Shown: positions 16,660-25,328 of the stretch, piece by piece
How positions within the stretch are numbered: the first letter of the stretch is position 1
Layout of the letters: every line of letters begins with the position of its first letter
NCBI GenBank assembly: GCA_017544705.1
Contig: JAFYDQ010000117.1
Span: 14,006 to 78,005 of the forward strand
Length of the DNA stretch: 64,000 nucleotides
Direction of reading: 5' to 3'
Source: Lachnospiraceae bacterium
GTDB lineage: Bacteria; Bacillota; Clostridia; Lachnospirales; Lachnospiraceae
Notes under the pieces: model-generated
Seen by the model: only the letters and a program-made list of their open reading frames with translations
The model's database searches: none
Told to the model about the DNA's origin: nothing
Position numbers and translations under genes: made by a program

Positions 16660-16697
16660 CATGATAAAATCAATACACTACGACCATTATAACATAT

Positions 16698-16706
16698 TGA
16701 TATGAT
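16698..16706 (+). promoter_or_regulatory. Candidate extended -10 promoter for the hydC operon
   Basis: TG-a-TATGAT (16698-16706) lies about 38 nt upstream of GTG 16744. There is no convincing -35. Confidence 0.35.
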
Positions 16707-16743
16707 GATTGTTAGTATTTTAGAAATGCGTTGGAGGTAAAGC

Positions 16744-17235
16744 GTGAAAAACAGTGGAGGCATTCCCTTCAAGGGAACAGAAGAACAAAAACAGCAGCTT
16801 CTCAAGGTGATCAACGATCTGCGTGATACGTCCGGATGTCTGATGCCGATCATGCAGGCGGCGCAGGATATTTACGGATATCTGCCTTATGAAGTGCAAA
16901 AAATCATTTCTGACGAACTGGGCATCCCCGTAGAAAAAGTTTACGGCGTTGCAACATTCTATGCACAGTTCAATTTGAATCCGAAGGGTGAGAACACCGT
17001 TTCGGTATGTCTCGGAACAGCCTGCTATGTTAAGGGCTCCGGTCTTGTATTCGAAGAGATCGAAAAGCAGCTTGGCATCAGCGACGGAGAGTGCACATCC
17101 GACGGTAAGTTTTCGCTGGATACCTGCAGATGCGTCGGTGCCTGCGGTCTTGCTCCGGTCATGCTCGTTAACGAGGATGTTTACGGCAAGGTCACACCCG
17201 ATCAGGTCAAAGGCATTTTGGATAAGTACAAATAA
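16744..17235 (+). CDS. hydC: NuoE-like [2Fe-2S] subunit of a bifurcating-type [FeFe]-hydrogenase (HydC/HndA)
   Basis: GTG start with GGAGG 7 nt upstream. NuoE-type cluster motifs are present: SVCLGTACYVKGSG and CRCVGACGLAPV. Confidence 0.85.
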   Translation: MKNSGGIPFKGTEEQKQQLLKVINDLRDTSGCLMPIMQAAQDIYGYLPYEVQKIISDELGIPVEKVYGVATFYAQFNLNPKGENTVSVCLGTACYVKGSGLVFEEIEKQLGISDGECTSDGKFSLDTCRCVGACGLAPVMLVNEDVYGKVTPDQVKGILDKYK

Positions 17236-17783
17236 TGTTACCTGAAATTTCTCTGAATGTTTTGGATATTGCGCAGAATTCCATCAAGGCCGGTGCGTCG
17301 CTTGTGGAGATCAAAGTGAGTATCATGAGAGAAGAACATCTCCTGACACTTTCAATCGAAGATGATGGGTGCGGCATGGATGCGGAACAGCTGGAACGGG
17401 TGATCGATCCGTTCTTCACATCAAGATCAACAAGAAAGATCGGTTTGGGCGTTCCGTTCTTAAAACAGGCCGCGGAAGCAAGCGGAGGGAACTTCCGGAT
17501 ATCGTCTGAGGTCAACGTGGGGACCTGTGTGTCGGCTACGTTCCATACGGACAACATTGACTGTATGCCACTCGGAGATATCAACAGCACGATTTTTTCT
17601 CTGGTGACGACCAATGAAGAGTTGAATTTCGTGTATACCTACCGGGTTAATGAGAAAGAATTCACGCTGGACACAAGAGAGATCAGAGAAATTCTTGGAG
17701 ATGTTTCTTTTCAGAACGGCGAAGTGTCTTCGTTCCTGAGAGAGTATTTATCAGAGAATCAATTGGAGGTTGAACAACAATGA
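17235..17783 (+). CDS. Stand-alone histidine-kinase-like (GHKL) ATPase embedded in the hydrogenase operon
   Basis: 182 aa. Motifs are the N-box LDIAQNSIKAGA, G1 EDDGCGM and G2 KIGLGVPF. There is no HisKA/DHp domain and no TM helix. TAATG overlaps hydC and ATGA overlaps the next gene. Confidence 0.8.
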   Translation: MLPEISLNVLDIAQNSIKAGASLVEIKVSIMREEHLLTLSIEDDGCGMDAEQLERVIDPFFTSRSTRKIGLGVPFLKQAAEASGGNFRISSEVNVGTCVSATFHTDNIDCMPLGDINSTIFSLVTTNEELNFVYTYRVNEKEFTLDTREIREILGDVSFQNGEVSSFLREYLSENQLEVEQQ

Positions 17784-18151
17784 AATCACTGGAAGAATTA
17801 AAAGCAATCCGCGAGAAGATGCAGGGTCAGGTCGGATTCCGTTCTGAAAACGAAGACGGAACACGTATCGTTGTCGGCATGGCTACCTGTGGGATCGCCA
17901 GCGGCGCAAGACCGGTTTTAAATGAACTGGTAAAGCAGGTAAATGACCGCAAGTTGAGCGATGTGTCTGTTACACAGACCGGATGCATCGGCCTGTGCCA
18001 GTATGAGCCGATCGTTGAGGTGTTTAAGCCCGGCGAAGAGAAAGTCACATATGTCAAGATGACCGCAGACAAGGCAGTTGAGGTTTTGGAAAAACATGTA
18101 CTTGGCGGAACCGTTGTTGAAGATTACACATTGAACAAAATCAAATTATAA
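17780..18151 (+). CDS. Thioredoxin-like [2Fe-2S] ferredoxin subunit (HydD/HndB-like)
   Basis: 123 aa. Cys motifs are GMATCGIASGA and TGCIGLCQYEP. Confidence 0.8.
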   Translation: MKSLEELKAIREKMQGQVGFRSENEDGTRIVVGMATCGIASGARPVLNELVKQVNDRKLSDVSVTQTGCIGLCQYEPIVEVFKPGEEKVTYVKMTADKAVEVLEKHVLGGTVVEDYTLNKIKL

Positions 18152-18168
18152 TTGGAGGTTTGGCTATT

Positions 18169-19959
18169 ATGTATCGTTCTCACGTATTGGTGTGCGGAGG
18201 AACAGGCTGTACTTCATCCGGAAGTCAGGCGATCCTTCAGAACCTTGAGGAAGAATTAAAGAAAAATGGCTTGGAAGACGAAGTGGCCATCGTTAAAACC
18301 GGCTGCCACGGCCTTTGCGCAAAAGGTCCCATCATGGTTGTATACCCTGATGCCGTATTCTATTCGGAGGTAAAACCGGAAGACGTTGCAGAGATCGTTT
18401 CCGAGCATCTGTTAAAAGGTCGTCCGGTAGAACGTCTCATTTATGATGAGAATGCACCGGAAGAAAACAGGGTATCCTTAAATGATACGAATTTCTACAA
18501 GAAACAGACACGTATCGCGCTGCGGAACTGCGGTGTGATCAATCCTGAAAATATCGACGAGTACATCACAACGCGCGGTTATGAAGCGCTCGGCAAAGTG
18601 CTCACGGAAATGACACCGGATGAAGTCATCCAACTGATCTTAGACTCCGGTTTAAGAGGCCGCGGCGGTGCAGGCTTCCCGACCGGATTAAAGTGGAGAT
18701 TTGCTTCAGGCAACCGCGGCAACGTACAGAAGTATGTATGCTGTAACGCCGACGAAGGTGACCCGGGTGCATTCATGGACAGATCCGTCCTGGAAGGTGA
18801 TCCGCATGTGGTACTGGAAGCTATGGCGATCGCCGGCTATGCGATCGGTTCCAACCAGGGTTATATCTATGTTCGCGCCGAGTACCCGATCGCGATCGAG
18901 AGACTGCGCATTGCCATCGGACAGGCAAGAGAATACGGATTACTCGGAAAAGACATTTTCGGTACCGGATTTGATTTTGACATCGATTTAAGACTTGGTG
19001 CAGGTGCTTTCGTATGTGGTGAAGAGACCGCTCTGATGACCTCCATCGAAGGTAACCGCGGTGAGCCGAGACCCCGTCCGCCTTTCCCGGCAGTTAAGGG
19101 CTTATTCGGCAAACCGACCATTCTGAATAACGTTGAGACTTGGGCAAATATCCCGCAGATCATCTTGAACGGTCCCGAATGGTTCTCCGCAGTAGGTACG
19201 GAGAAATCCAAAGGAACAAAAGTATTCGCTCTGGGCGGCAAGATCAACAACACCGGTCTTGTTGAGATCCCGATGGGAACAACCCTTCGCACGGTCATCG
19301 AAGACATCGGCGGCGGCATCCCGGGCGGTAAGAAGTTCAAGGCTGCACAGACGGGCGGACCTTCCGGCGGATGTATTCCTGCGGAACATTTTGACATTGA
19401 GATCGACTACGACAACCTGTTAAGCATCGGTTCCATGATGGGTTCCGGCGGACTGATCGTTATGGATGAAGACAACTGTATGGTAGATATCGCGAAGTTC
19501 TTCCTGCAGTTCACGGTCGATGAATCCTGCGGTAAATGTACGCCTTGCCGTGTCGGCACAAAGAGAATGTTAGAGATCCTTGATAAGATCACGGTAGGAA
19601 AAGGCACAATGGAAGATCTGACAACGCTGGAAGATCTTGCTTACTACATTAAGGAAAGCGCATTGTGCGGACTTGGCCAGACGGCTCCCAACCCGGTTCT
19701 TTCAACGCTCAGATATTTCCGCGATGAATATGAAGCGCACATCAAAGAGAAGAAGTGTCCTGCAGGCGTATGTAAGTCCCTGATCAACTTCTACATTGAT
19801 CCTGACAAGTGTAAGGGATGTACGCTGTGCGCAAGAAACTGCCCTGCGAATGCGATCAAGGGTGAGGTTCGCAATCCTCATGTCATCGACATCGAGAAGT
19901 GCGTGAAGTGCGGAACATGTATGGACAACTGTAAGTTTGGTGCAATTATTAAGAAATAA
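18169..19959 (+). CDS. hydB: NuoF-like NAD(P)H/FMN subunit of a bifurcating-type [FeFe]-hydrogenase (HydB/HndC)
   Basis: N-terminal thioredoxin-like 2Fe-2S domain (VLVCGGTGC...GCHGLC), FMN/NADH site (GLRGRGGAGFPTGLKW), 4Fe-4S motif (ESCGKCTPCR) and two C-terminal ferredoxin motifs. I prefer ATG 18169, 10 nt after GGAGG, over TTG 18160. Confidence 0.9.
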   Translation: MYRSHVLVCGGTGCTSSGSQAILQNLEEELKKNGLEDEVAIVKTGCHGLCAKGPIMVVYPDAVFYSEVKPEDVAEIVSEHLLKGRPVERLIYDENAPEENRVSLNDTNFYKKQTRIALRNCGVINPENIDEYITTRGYEALGKVLTEMTPDEVIQLILDSGLRGRGGAGFPTGLKWRFASGNRGNVQKYVCCNADEGDPGAFMDRSVLEGDPHVVLEAMAIAGYAIGSNQGYIYVRAEYPIAIERLRIAIGQAREYGLLGKDIFGTGFDFDIDLRLGAGAFVCGEETALMTSIEGNRGEPRPRPPFPAVKGLFGKPTILNNVETWANIPQIILNGPEWFSAVGTEKSKGTKVFALGGKINNTGLVEIPMGTTLRTVIEDIGGGIPGGKKFKAAQTGGPSGGCIPAEHFDIEIDYDNLLSIGSMMGSGGLIVMDEDNCMVDIAKFFLQFTVDESCGKCTPCRVGTKRMLEILDKITVGKGTMEDLTTLEDLAYYIKESALCGLGQTAPNPVLSTLRYFRDEYEAHIKEKKCPAGVCKSLINFYIDPDKCKGCTLCARNCPANAIKGEVRNPHVIDIEKCVKCGTCMDNCKFGAIIKK

Positions 19960-19974
19960 CGGGAGGAGACCAAA

Positions 19975-21726
19975 ATGGGAGATATTACTTTAAAAATCAA
20001 TAATGTAGAAGTGTCTGCCCCGGAAGGCTCTACGATCTTGGAAGCGGCCAGACTGGCGCAGATTGAAATCCCTACATTATGTTTTCTGAAAGAGATCAAT
20101 GAAATTGGCGCATGCAGAATGTGCGTTGTGGAAGTGAAGGGTGCAAGATCACTGGTTACGGCCTGTGTATACCCGATCACGGAAGGCATGGAAGTATTTA
20201 CCAACACACCGAAGGTTGTGGCTTCCAGAAAGAAGACGTTAGAGCTGCTTCTGTCCAATCACGAAAAGAAATGCTTATCCTGTGTCCGCAGTGAGAGCTG
20301 CGAACTGCAGAAACTCTGCAAGGACTACGGGATCGAGGATGAGAACAAGTATGACGGCGAAAGACCGCAGTACGAACTCGATACCTCTGCTGCACATATG
20401 GTCAGGGATAACAACAAATGTATCCTTTGCCGCCGCTGTGTGGCTGCCTGTGAAAAGACACAGGGCATCGGCGTGATCGGTGCGAACGAGCGTGGTTTCA
20501 AGACCTACATTGGCTCTGTCTTTGATTTTGACTTAGCAGATACCAGCTGCGTAAGCTGCGGACAGTGTATCGCAGCCTGCCCGACCGGTGCGCTGTATGA
20601 GAAAGACGATACGGATAAAGTATTTGCAGCGATCGCAGATCCCGATAAGTATGTCGTTGTACAGACCGCTCCGGCTGTCAGAGCAGCGATCGCCGAAGAG
20701 TTCGGCAATCCGATCGGAACGAACGGAGAAGGCCAGATGATCGCAGCGCTGCGCCGTCTTGGCTTTGACAAGGTATTTGATACCAACTTCTCTGCCGACT
20801 TAACGATCATGGAAGAAGCAAACGAGCTGATCGAACGTGTACAGAACGGCGGCGTTCTGCCGATGATCACTTCCTGCTCACCCGGCTGGGTTAAATACTG
20901 TGAGCATTACTATCCGGATCTGCTGGATCATCTTTCATCCTGCAAATCCCCGCAGCAGATGTTTGGTGCGATCACCAAGTCTTACTTTGCGGAGAAGGTG
21001 GGCGTTGACAAAGAGAAGATCGTGATGGTTTCCATCATGCCTTGTACGGCGAAGAAGTTTGAGATCGGCCGTGACGACCAGGATGCAAACGGCCTGCCGG
21101 ATGTAGACATCGCACTGACCACCAGAGAACTGGCAAGAATGATCAAGAAGGCGGGCATCCGCTTCAACGATCTTCCGGCGGAAGATTATGATCATCCGCT
21201 CGGCGACCACAGTGGTGCCGGCGTCATCTTCGGTGCGACCGGTGGTGTTATGGAGGCTGCGCTTCGTACAGCTGTTGAGACACTGACAGGGGAAGAACTG
21301 AAGGCTCTGGATTTCCAGGAAGTACGTGGTACCGCAGGTATCAAGGAAGCAACCTATCCGGTAGCAGGCATGGAAGTAAAGGTAGCCGTCGCAAGCGGCC
21401 TGTCCAATGCGAAGGTGCTGCTCGACAAGATCAGAAAGGGCGAAGCGGATTATCAGTTCATCGAGATCATGTGCTGCCCCGGCGGTTGTGTCAACGGTGG
21501 CGGACAGCCTCAGGTTCCGGGTTATGTGCGTAACACGGTTGATGTTCGCGCAAAGAGAGCATCCGTACTGTATGACCTTGATAAGAACGCACCGGTGCGG
21601 AAATCCCATGAGGTTCCCGAGATCAAGAAACTGTATGATGAGTATCTTGGCAAACCGGGCAGTGAAAAGGCACATCACCTCTTACATACAACCTATGTAA
21701 AGAGAGTTGTGAACCGTCTGGATTAA
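19975..21726 (+). CDS. hydA: [FeFe]-hydrogenase catalytic subunit (HydA/HndD, M3-type with a C-terminal small-subunit-like tail)
   Basis: N-terminal 2Fe-2S domain (CRMC), a His-ligated cluster (HEKKCLSCVRSESC) and two 4Fe-4S motifs. H-cluster motifs: L1 TSCSPGW, L2 MPCTAKKFE, L3 EIMCCPGGCVNGGGQP. GGGAGGAG lies upstream of the ATG. Confidence 0.9.
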   Translation: MGDITLKINNVEVSAPEGSTILEAARLAQIEIPTLCFLKEINEIGACRMCVVEVKGARSLVTACVYPITEGMEVFTNTPKVVASRKKTLELLLSNHEKKCLSCVRSESCELQKLCKDYGIEDENKYDGERPQYELDTSAAHMVRDNNKCILCRRCVAACEKTQGIGVIGANERGFKTYIGSVFDFDLADTSCVSCGQCIAACPTGALYEKDDTDKVFAAIADPDKYVVVQTAPAVRAAIAEEFGNPIGTNGEGQMIAALRRLGFDKVFDTNFSADLTIMEEANELIERVQNGGVLPMITSCSPGWVKYCEHYYPDLLDHLSSCKSPQQMFGAITKSYFAEKVGVDKEKIVMVSIMPCTAKKFEIGRDDQDANGLPDVDIALTTRELARMIKKAGIRFNDLPAEDYDHPLGDHSGAGVIFGATGGVMEAALRTAVETLTGEELKALDFQEVRGTAGIKEATYPVAGMEVKVAVASGLSNAKVLLDKIRKGEADYQFIEIMCCPGGCVNGGGQPQVPGYVRNTVDVRAKRASVLYDLDKNAPVRKSHEVPEIKKLYDEYLGKPGSEKAHHLLHTTYVKRVVNRLD

Positions 21727-21756
21727 CCGGAAACAACCTGATAACAGGAAACAGTG

Positions 21757-21788
21757 AAAACCTCCCGCAATATGCGGGAGGTTTTTTT
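21757..21788 (+). terminator. Intrinsic terminator of the hyd operon
   Basis: Perfect 10-bp stem AACCTCCCGC / GCGGGAGGTT with loop AATAT, followed by T7. Confidence 0.85.
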
Positions 21789-21868
21789 CGGGGATTTTTT
21801 TCTTTAATTCGGACGGACGGAGTGATAAAATGGATGGGAAGTGTTTTTAAAAAACAGGGGGGCTTACG

Positions 21869-23344
21869 ATGAGACGTGGGTTTGATAATGAAAAATACCT
21901 GATCACACAGTCAGAACACATCCGGGAGCGGATCTCCAAGTTTGGGGATAAGCTCTATCTTGAGTTTGGCGGAAAACTTTTTGATGATTACCATGCATCC
22001 AGAGTGCTGCCGGGTTTTGAACCGGATGCAAAGCTGCAGATGCTCCTGCAGTTAAAGGATCAGGCAGAGATCGTGATCGTGATCAACGCGGCTGATATTG
22101 AGAAAAACAAGATCAGGGGTGACCTCGGGATCACGTATGATGTTGATGTCAGACGACTGATGAAGGAATTCTCCGACAGGGGCCTGTACGTGGGCAGCGT
22201 GGTCATGACACACTATGCAGGGCAGGGCGCTGCGGATCTGTTCAAGAAACGGCTGGAGAAAAAGGGCATCAAAGTTTATCTCCACTATATGATCGACGGT
22301 TATCCGAACAACATCCCGCTGATCGTCAGCGATAACGGCTTTGGCCGTAACGATTATATCGAAACAAAACGTCCTCTGGTAGTCATTACCGCACCGGGTC
22401 CCGGCAGCGGGAAAATGGCAACCTGCTTATCCCAGCTCTACCATGACAATAAACGCGGTATCAAAGCGGGATATGCGAAATTCGAGACATTTCCGATCTG
22501 GAACATTCCCTTAAAACATCCGATCAATCTGGCTTATGAGGCGGCAACGGCAGATCTGAACGATATCAACATGATCGACCCGTTCCATTTGGAAGCATAT
22601 GGTGAAACAACCGTAAATTATAACCGGGATATCGAGATCTTCCCGGTACTGAGTGCGATCTTTGAAAAGATCTACGGAGAGTGCATCTATAAATCGCCGA
22701 CGGACATGGGCGTTAACATGGCCGGAAACTGCATCATTGATGATGAAGCATGCTGTGAGGCTTCAAAGGCAGAGATTATCCGCCGCTACTATACGACGAT
22801 GAACCGTGTGGTCAATGAAGAGGCAACGGAAAACGAAGCCTACAAGATCGAACTGATCATGAAGCAGGCAAAGATCACGACGGACGACAGGCCGGTCACG
22901 ATCGCGGCCAATGAGCGTGCAGCCAAGCTCGGCGTTCCGACGGCGGCCATTGAACTGGCGGATCATCATATCATCACATCCAAGACAACGGATCTGCTTG
23001 GCGCATCCGCTGCCCTGATCTTAAATGCGATAAAATATCTCGGAAATGTGGATCACGATACCCATCTGATCTCCCCTGCTGCGATCGAACCGATCCAGGA
23101 GCTGAAAGTAAAATATCTTGGCGGAAAGAATCCGAGACTGCATACGGATGAAGTATTGATCGCCTTATCCCTTGCGGCGCTGACCGATGAAAACGCCAGG
23201 GTTTCCATGGAACAGCTGCCAAAATTGCGGGGCTGTCAGGTACACACCTCCGTCATGCTTTCCGAAGTGGACATTAAGACCTTCAAACGTCTGGGCGTTG
23301 ACCTGACCTGCGAACCGGTCAGAAAATTTAAAACTACTTACTAG
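21869..23344 (+). CDS. UPF0371 / DUF1846-family protein
   Basis: 491 aa. The N-terminus (GFDNEKYL..QSEHIRERI..F.DKLYLEFGGKLFDDYHASRVLPGF) is characteristic of the family as I recall it. Confidence 0.7.
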   Translation: MRRGFDNEKYLITQSEHIRERISKFGDKLYLEFGGKLFDDYHASRVLPGFEPDAKLQMLLQLKDQAEIVIVINAADIEKNKIRGDLGITYDVDVRRLMKEFSDRGLYVGSVVMTHYAGQGAADLFKKRLEKKGIKVYLHYMIDGYPNNIPLIVSDNGFGRNDYIETKRPLVVITAPGPGSGKMATCLSQLYHDNKRGIKAGYAKFETFPIWNIPLKHPINLAYEAATADLNDINMIDPFHLEAYGETTVNYNRDIEIFPVLSAIFEKIYGECIYKSPTDMGVNMAGNCIIDDEACCEASKAEIIRRYYTTMNRVVNEEATENEAYKIELIMKQAKITTDDRPVTIAANERAAKLGVPTAAIELADHHIITSKTTDLLGASAALILNAIKYLGNVDHDTHLISPAAIEPIQELKVKYLGGKNPRLHTDEVLIALSLAALTDENARVSMEQLPKLRGCQVHTSVMLSEVDIKTFKRLGVDLTCEPVRKFKTTY

Positions 23345-23352
23345 GAGTCATT

Positions 23353-24270
23353 ATGAATAAACCGACCTTGGTCATCATGGCGGCCGGCATGGGCAGCCGT
23401 TACGGGGGATTAAAGCAGATCGACCCGATCGACAAACAGGGCAACAAGATCATCGATTTCAGCATTTACGATGCGCTTCGCGCCGGGTTTGAAAAGATCA
23501 TATTTGTGATCAAAAAAGAAAACGAAGCCGATTTCAGATCGTGCATCAGCGACAGGATCGGCGACCGGGCTAAGATCTTCTATGCTTATCAGTGCCTCGA
23601 TGCGCTTCCTGCGGGATTTGATGTGCCGGATGGAAGGGTTAAACCGTGGGGAACCGCGCATGCCGTCTTAAGCGCTGCGCCGATGATCGACGGGCCCTTT
23701 GCGGTGATCAACGCGGATGATTTTTACGGAAGGGAAGCATTTGCCTTGATCTATGATTTCCTGACCACGCACGGGGATCATGAAAAGTACAGTTACGCCA
23801 TGGTCGGCTATGCGCTGAACAAGACGCTTACAAAGAACGGAACGGTTTCGCGCGGAATCTGTGAGATTGATGAAAACGGATTCCTGACGGATATCGTCGA
23901 GCGGACGGCGATCATGCAGACGGATGCGGGGATCGTCTATACGGATGAGACCGGAAGAGCCAATCCGCTTCCGGAAGATGCCATCGTGTCCATGAACCTG
24001 TGGGGCTTTACGCACAGCCTTCTTTCCGAGATCAGAACACGTTTTGAGACGTTTCTTCGCGATGAAGTGCCCGCAAACCCGTTGAAAGCCGAGTGCTATC
24101 TGCCGTTTGTCGTGAATGAACTGCTGGCGGAGAACAAGGCAACCGTACAGGTCCTGCAATCGGAGGATCAGTGGTTTGGCGTGACCTATCAGGAAGATAA
24201 GCCGTTTGTTATGGAAAGTGTCGGGGAATTGAAGAAAAAGGGCATTTATCCAGAAACGTTATGGGCGTAG
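23353..24270 (+). CDS. Sugar-phosphate nucleotidyltransferase-fold protein
   Basis: The N-terminal motif VIMAAGMGSRYGGLKQ matches the G-x-G-x-R nucleotide-binding loop of NTP-transferases. AGGAG lies upstream. Confidence 0.65.
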   Translation: MNKPTLVIMAAGMGSRYGGLKQIDPIDKQGNKIIDFSIYDALRAGFEKIIFVIKKENEADFRSCISDRIGDRAKIFYAYQCLDALPAGFDVPDGRVKPWGTAHAVLSAAPMIDGPFAVINADDFYGREAFALIYDFLTTHGDHEKYSYAMVGYALNKTLTKNGTVSRGICEIDENGFLTDIVERTAIMQTDAGIVYTDETGRANPLPEDAIVSMNLWGFTHSLLSEIRTRFETFLRDEVPANPLKAECYLPFVVNELLAENKATVQVLQSEDQWFGVTYQEDKPFVMESVGELKKKGIYPETLWA

Positions 24271-24277
24271 TTTCCGT

Positions 24278-25318
24278 TTAGTGAAAGGCGGATTCGTAAT
24301 CGTAATCGATCGCAAAATCATTCATTTCGAGTAACGTATCATAGTAGTTATCCTGCGTCAGTTCGAATCTTCCGTCGCGCATGCATTCATACATATAATA
24401 ATTGACATTCTGGTCGAAATGAGAGTAATCACGGTAATTGTCCAGATCCGTGATCAGATCATAGTCATTTTGGAAATAGAACAGCCGGACGTTGTCGTGT
24501 GTGAGCAATTGTTTATACACACGCTCGAGCGTACAGATCTCGGCGGTCAGATTTCCGTGTCTGACACAGTCATCCCAATAGTAAATACTGTAAGGGCTTG
24601 CATAGAAATAAAACGTGATATCCGGCCGCGCTTCCAGATAGGGCGTAACGGAGTTTAAAAAGGCATCGGCATAGGCAAAGTATGTGTCGAAGGCCTTTTC
24701 TTCTTCCGGAACAAGAACGCGCTGGGTATTATAGACACCTCTTGCGATATATTTGGAAAAATCATATTCATCTGCCCACACATAGGCGTCATCTGCCGTT
24801 TCCACCGCATTGTTGATCAAAAACTTCGGAATATATTCCAGCACGACGGATTTATTCCACACATAATAGGCATCATCCGGAATGTTCCGGTTGGAGAGAT
24901 AAGAAGGAATGGTTACCGGATAGGTGTCGGGATTGTTGGTTAAGAGATAGTTATCCAGACTGAAGACGATATTCTTCACTTCCGGATGATCACACACCTC
25001 TTTCAGGATCACTTCATAGTCCGAAAAATGCGCGCCCTGTAAGCAGATCTTCACGCAGGATTCCCCAAAGTAACCGTCATCAAACCAGGAGGCCACGAAG
25101 TTTTCACTCATGGACGAACCGATCAGGGCCGTTTCGTAGTGCATTTGTTGCGCAACGCCGATCATCGCGGAGCGCTCATCCGTTTCAACGGCCTGCAGAC
25201 TGCCGACCGGTGCATGGTAGTGCAGAAACGGATCCACGATGATGACCAGGGATGCGATCAGCAGCAGGGAGACAGCGGTATATGCAATTGTGCGGATCGT
25301 AAACTGTTTGGTATTCAT
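24278..25318 (-). CDS. Membrane-anchored hypothetical protein; likely extracytoplasmic partner of the upstream MBOAT (DltD/SGNH-like?)
   Basis: 346 aa with a single N-terminal TM helix (IAYTAVSLLLIASLVIIVDPF). It lies immediately downstream of the MBOAT gene across a 10-nt gap. The motif IGSSMSENF resembles a DltD-type serine motif. The function call is tentative. Confidence 0.55.
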   Translation of the reverse strand: MNTKQFTIRTIAYTAVSLLLIASLVIIVDPFLHYHAPVGSLQAVETDERSAMIGVAQQMHYETALIGSSMSENFVASWFDDGYFGESCVKICLQGAHFSDYEVILKEVCDHPEVKNIVFSLDNYLLTNNPDTYPVTIPSYLSNRNIPDDAYYVWNKSVVLEYIPKFLINNAVETADDAYVWADEYDFSKYIARGVYNTQRVLVPEEEKAFDTYFAYADAFLNSVTPYLEARPDITFYFYASPYSIYYWDDCVRHGNLTAEICTLERVYKQLLTHDNVRLFYFQNDYDLITDLDNYRDYSHFDQNVNYYMYECMRDGRFELTQDNYYDTLLEMNDFAIDYDYESAFH

Positions 25319-25328
25319 TGTTATCCCG

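Noticed and set aside
16642-16661. Rex-like operator in the hyd / sensor-operon spacer (TTGTTAA-aaaa-GTGTCAA)
   Set aside because: Only the left half-site matches the clostridial Rex consensus TTGTTAA-N4-TTAACAA. The right half matches 4 of 7 positions. The TGTCAA is also the -35 hexamer (TTGACA) of the minus-strand promoter candidate. It is not convincing without comparative data.
18160-18168. TTG start for hydB given by the ORF track
   Set aside because: The TTG lies only 1 nt after the GGAGG, whereas the ATG at 18169 has a spacing of 10 nt.
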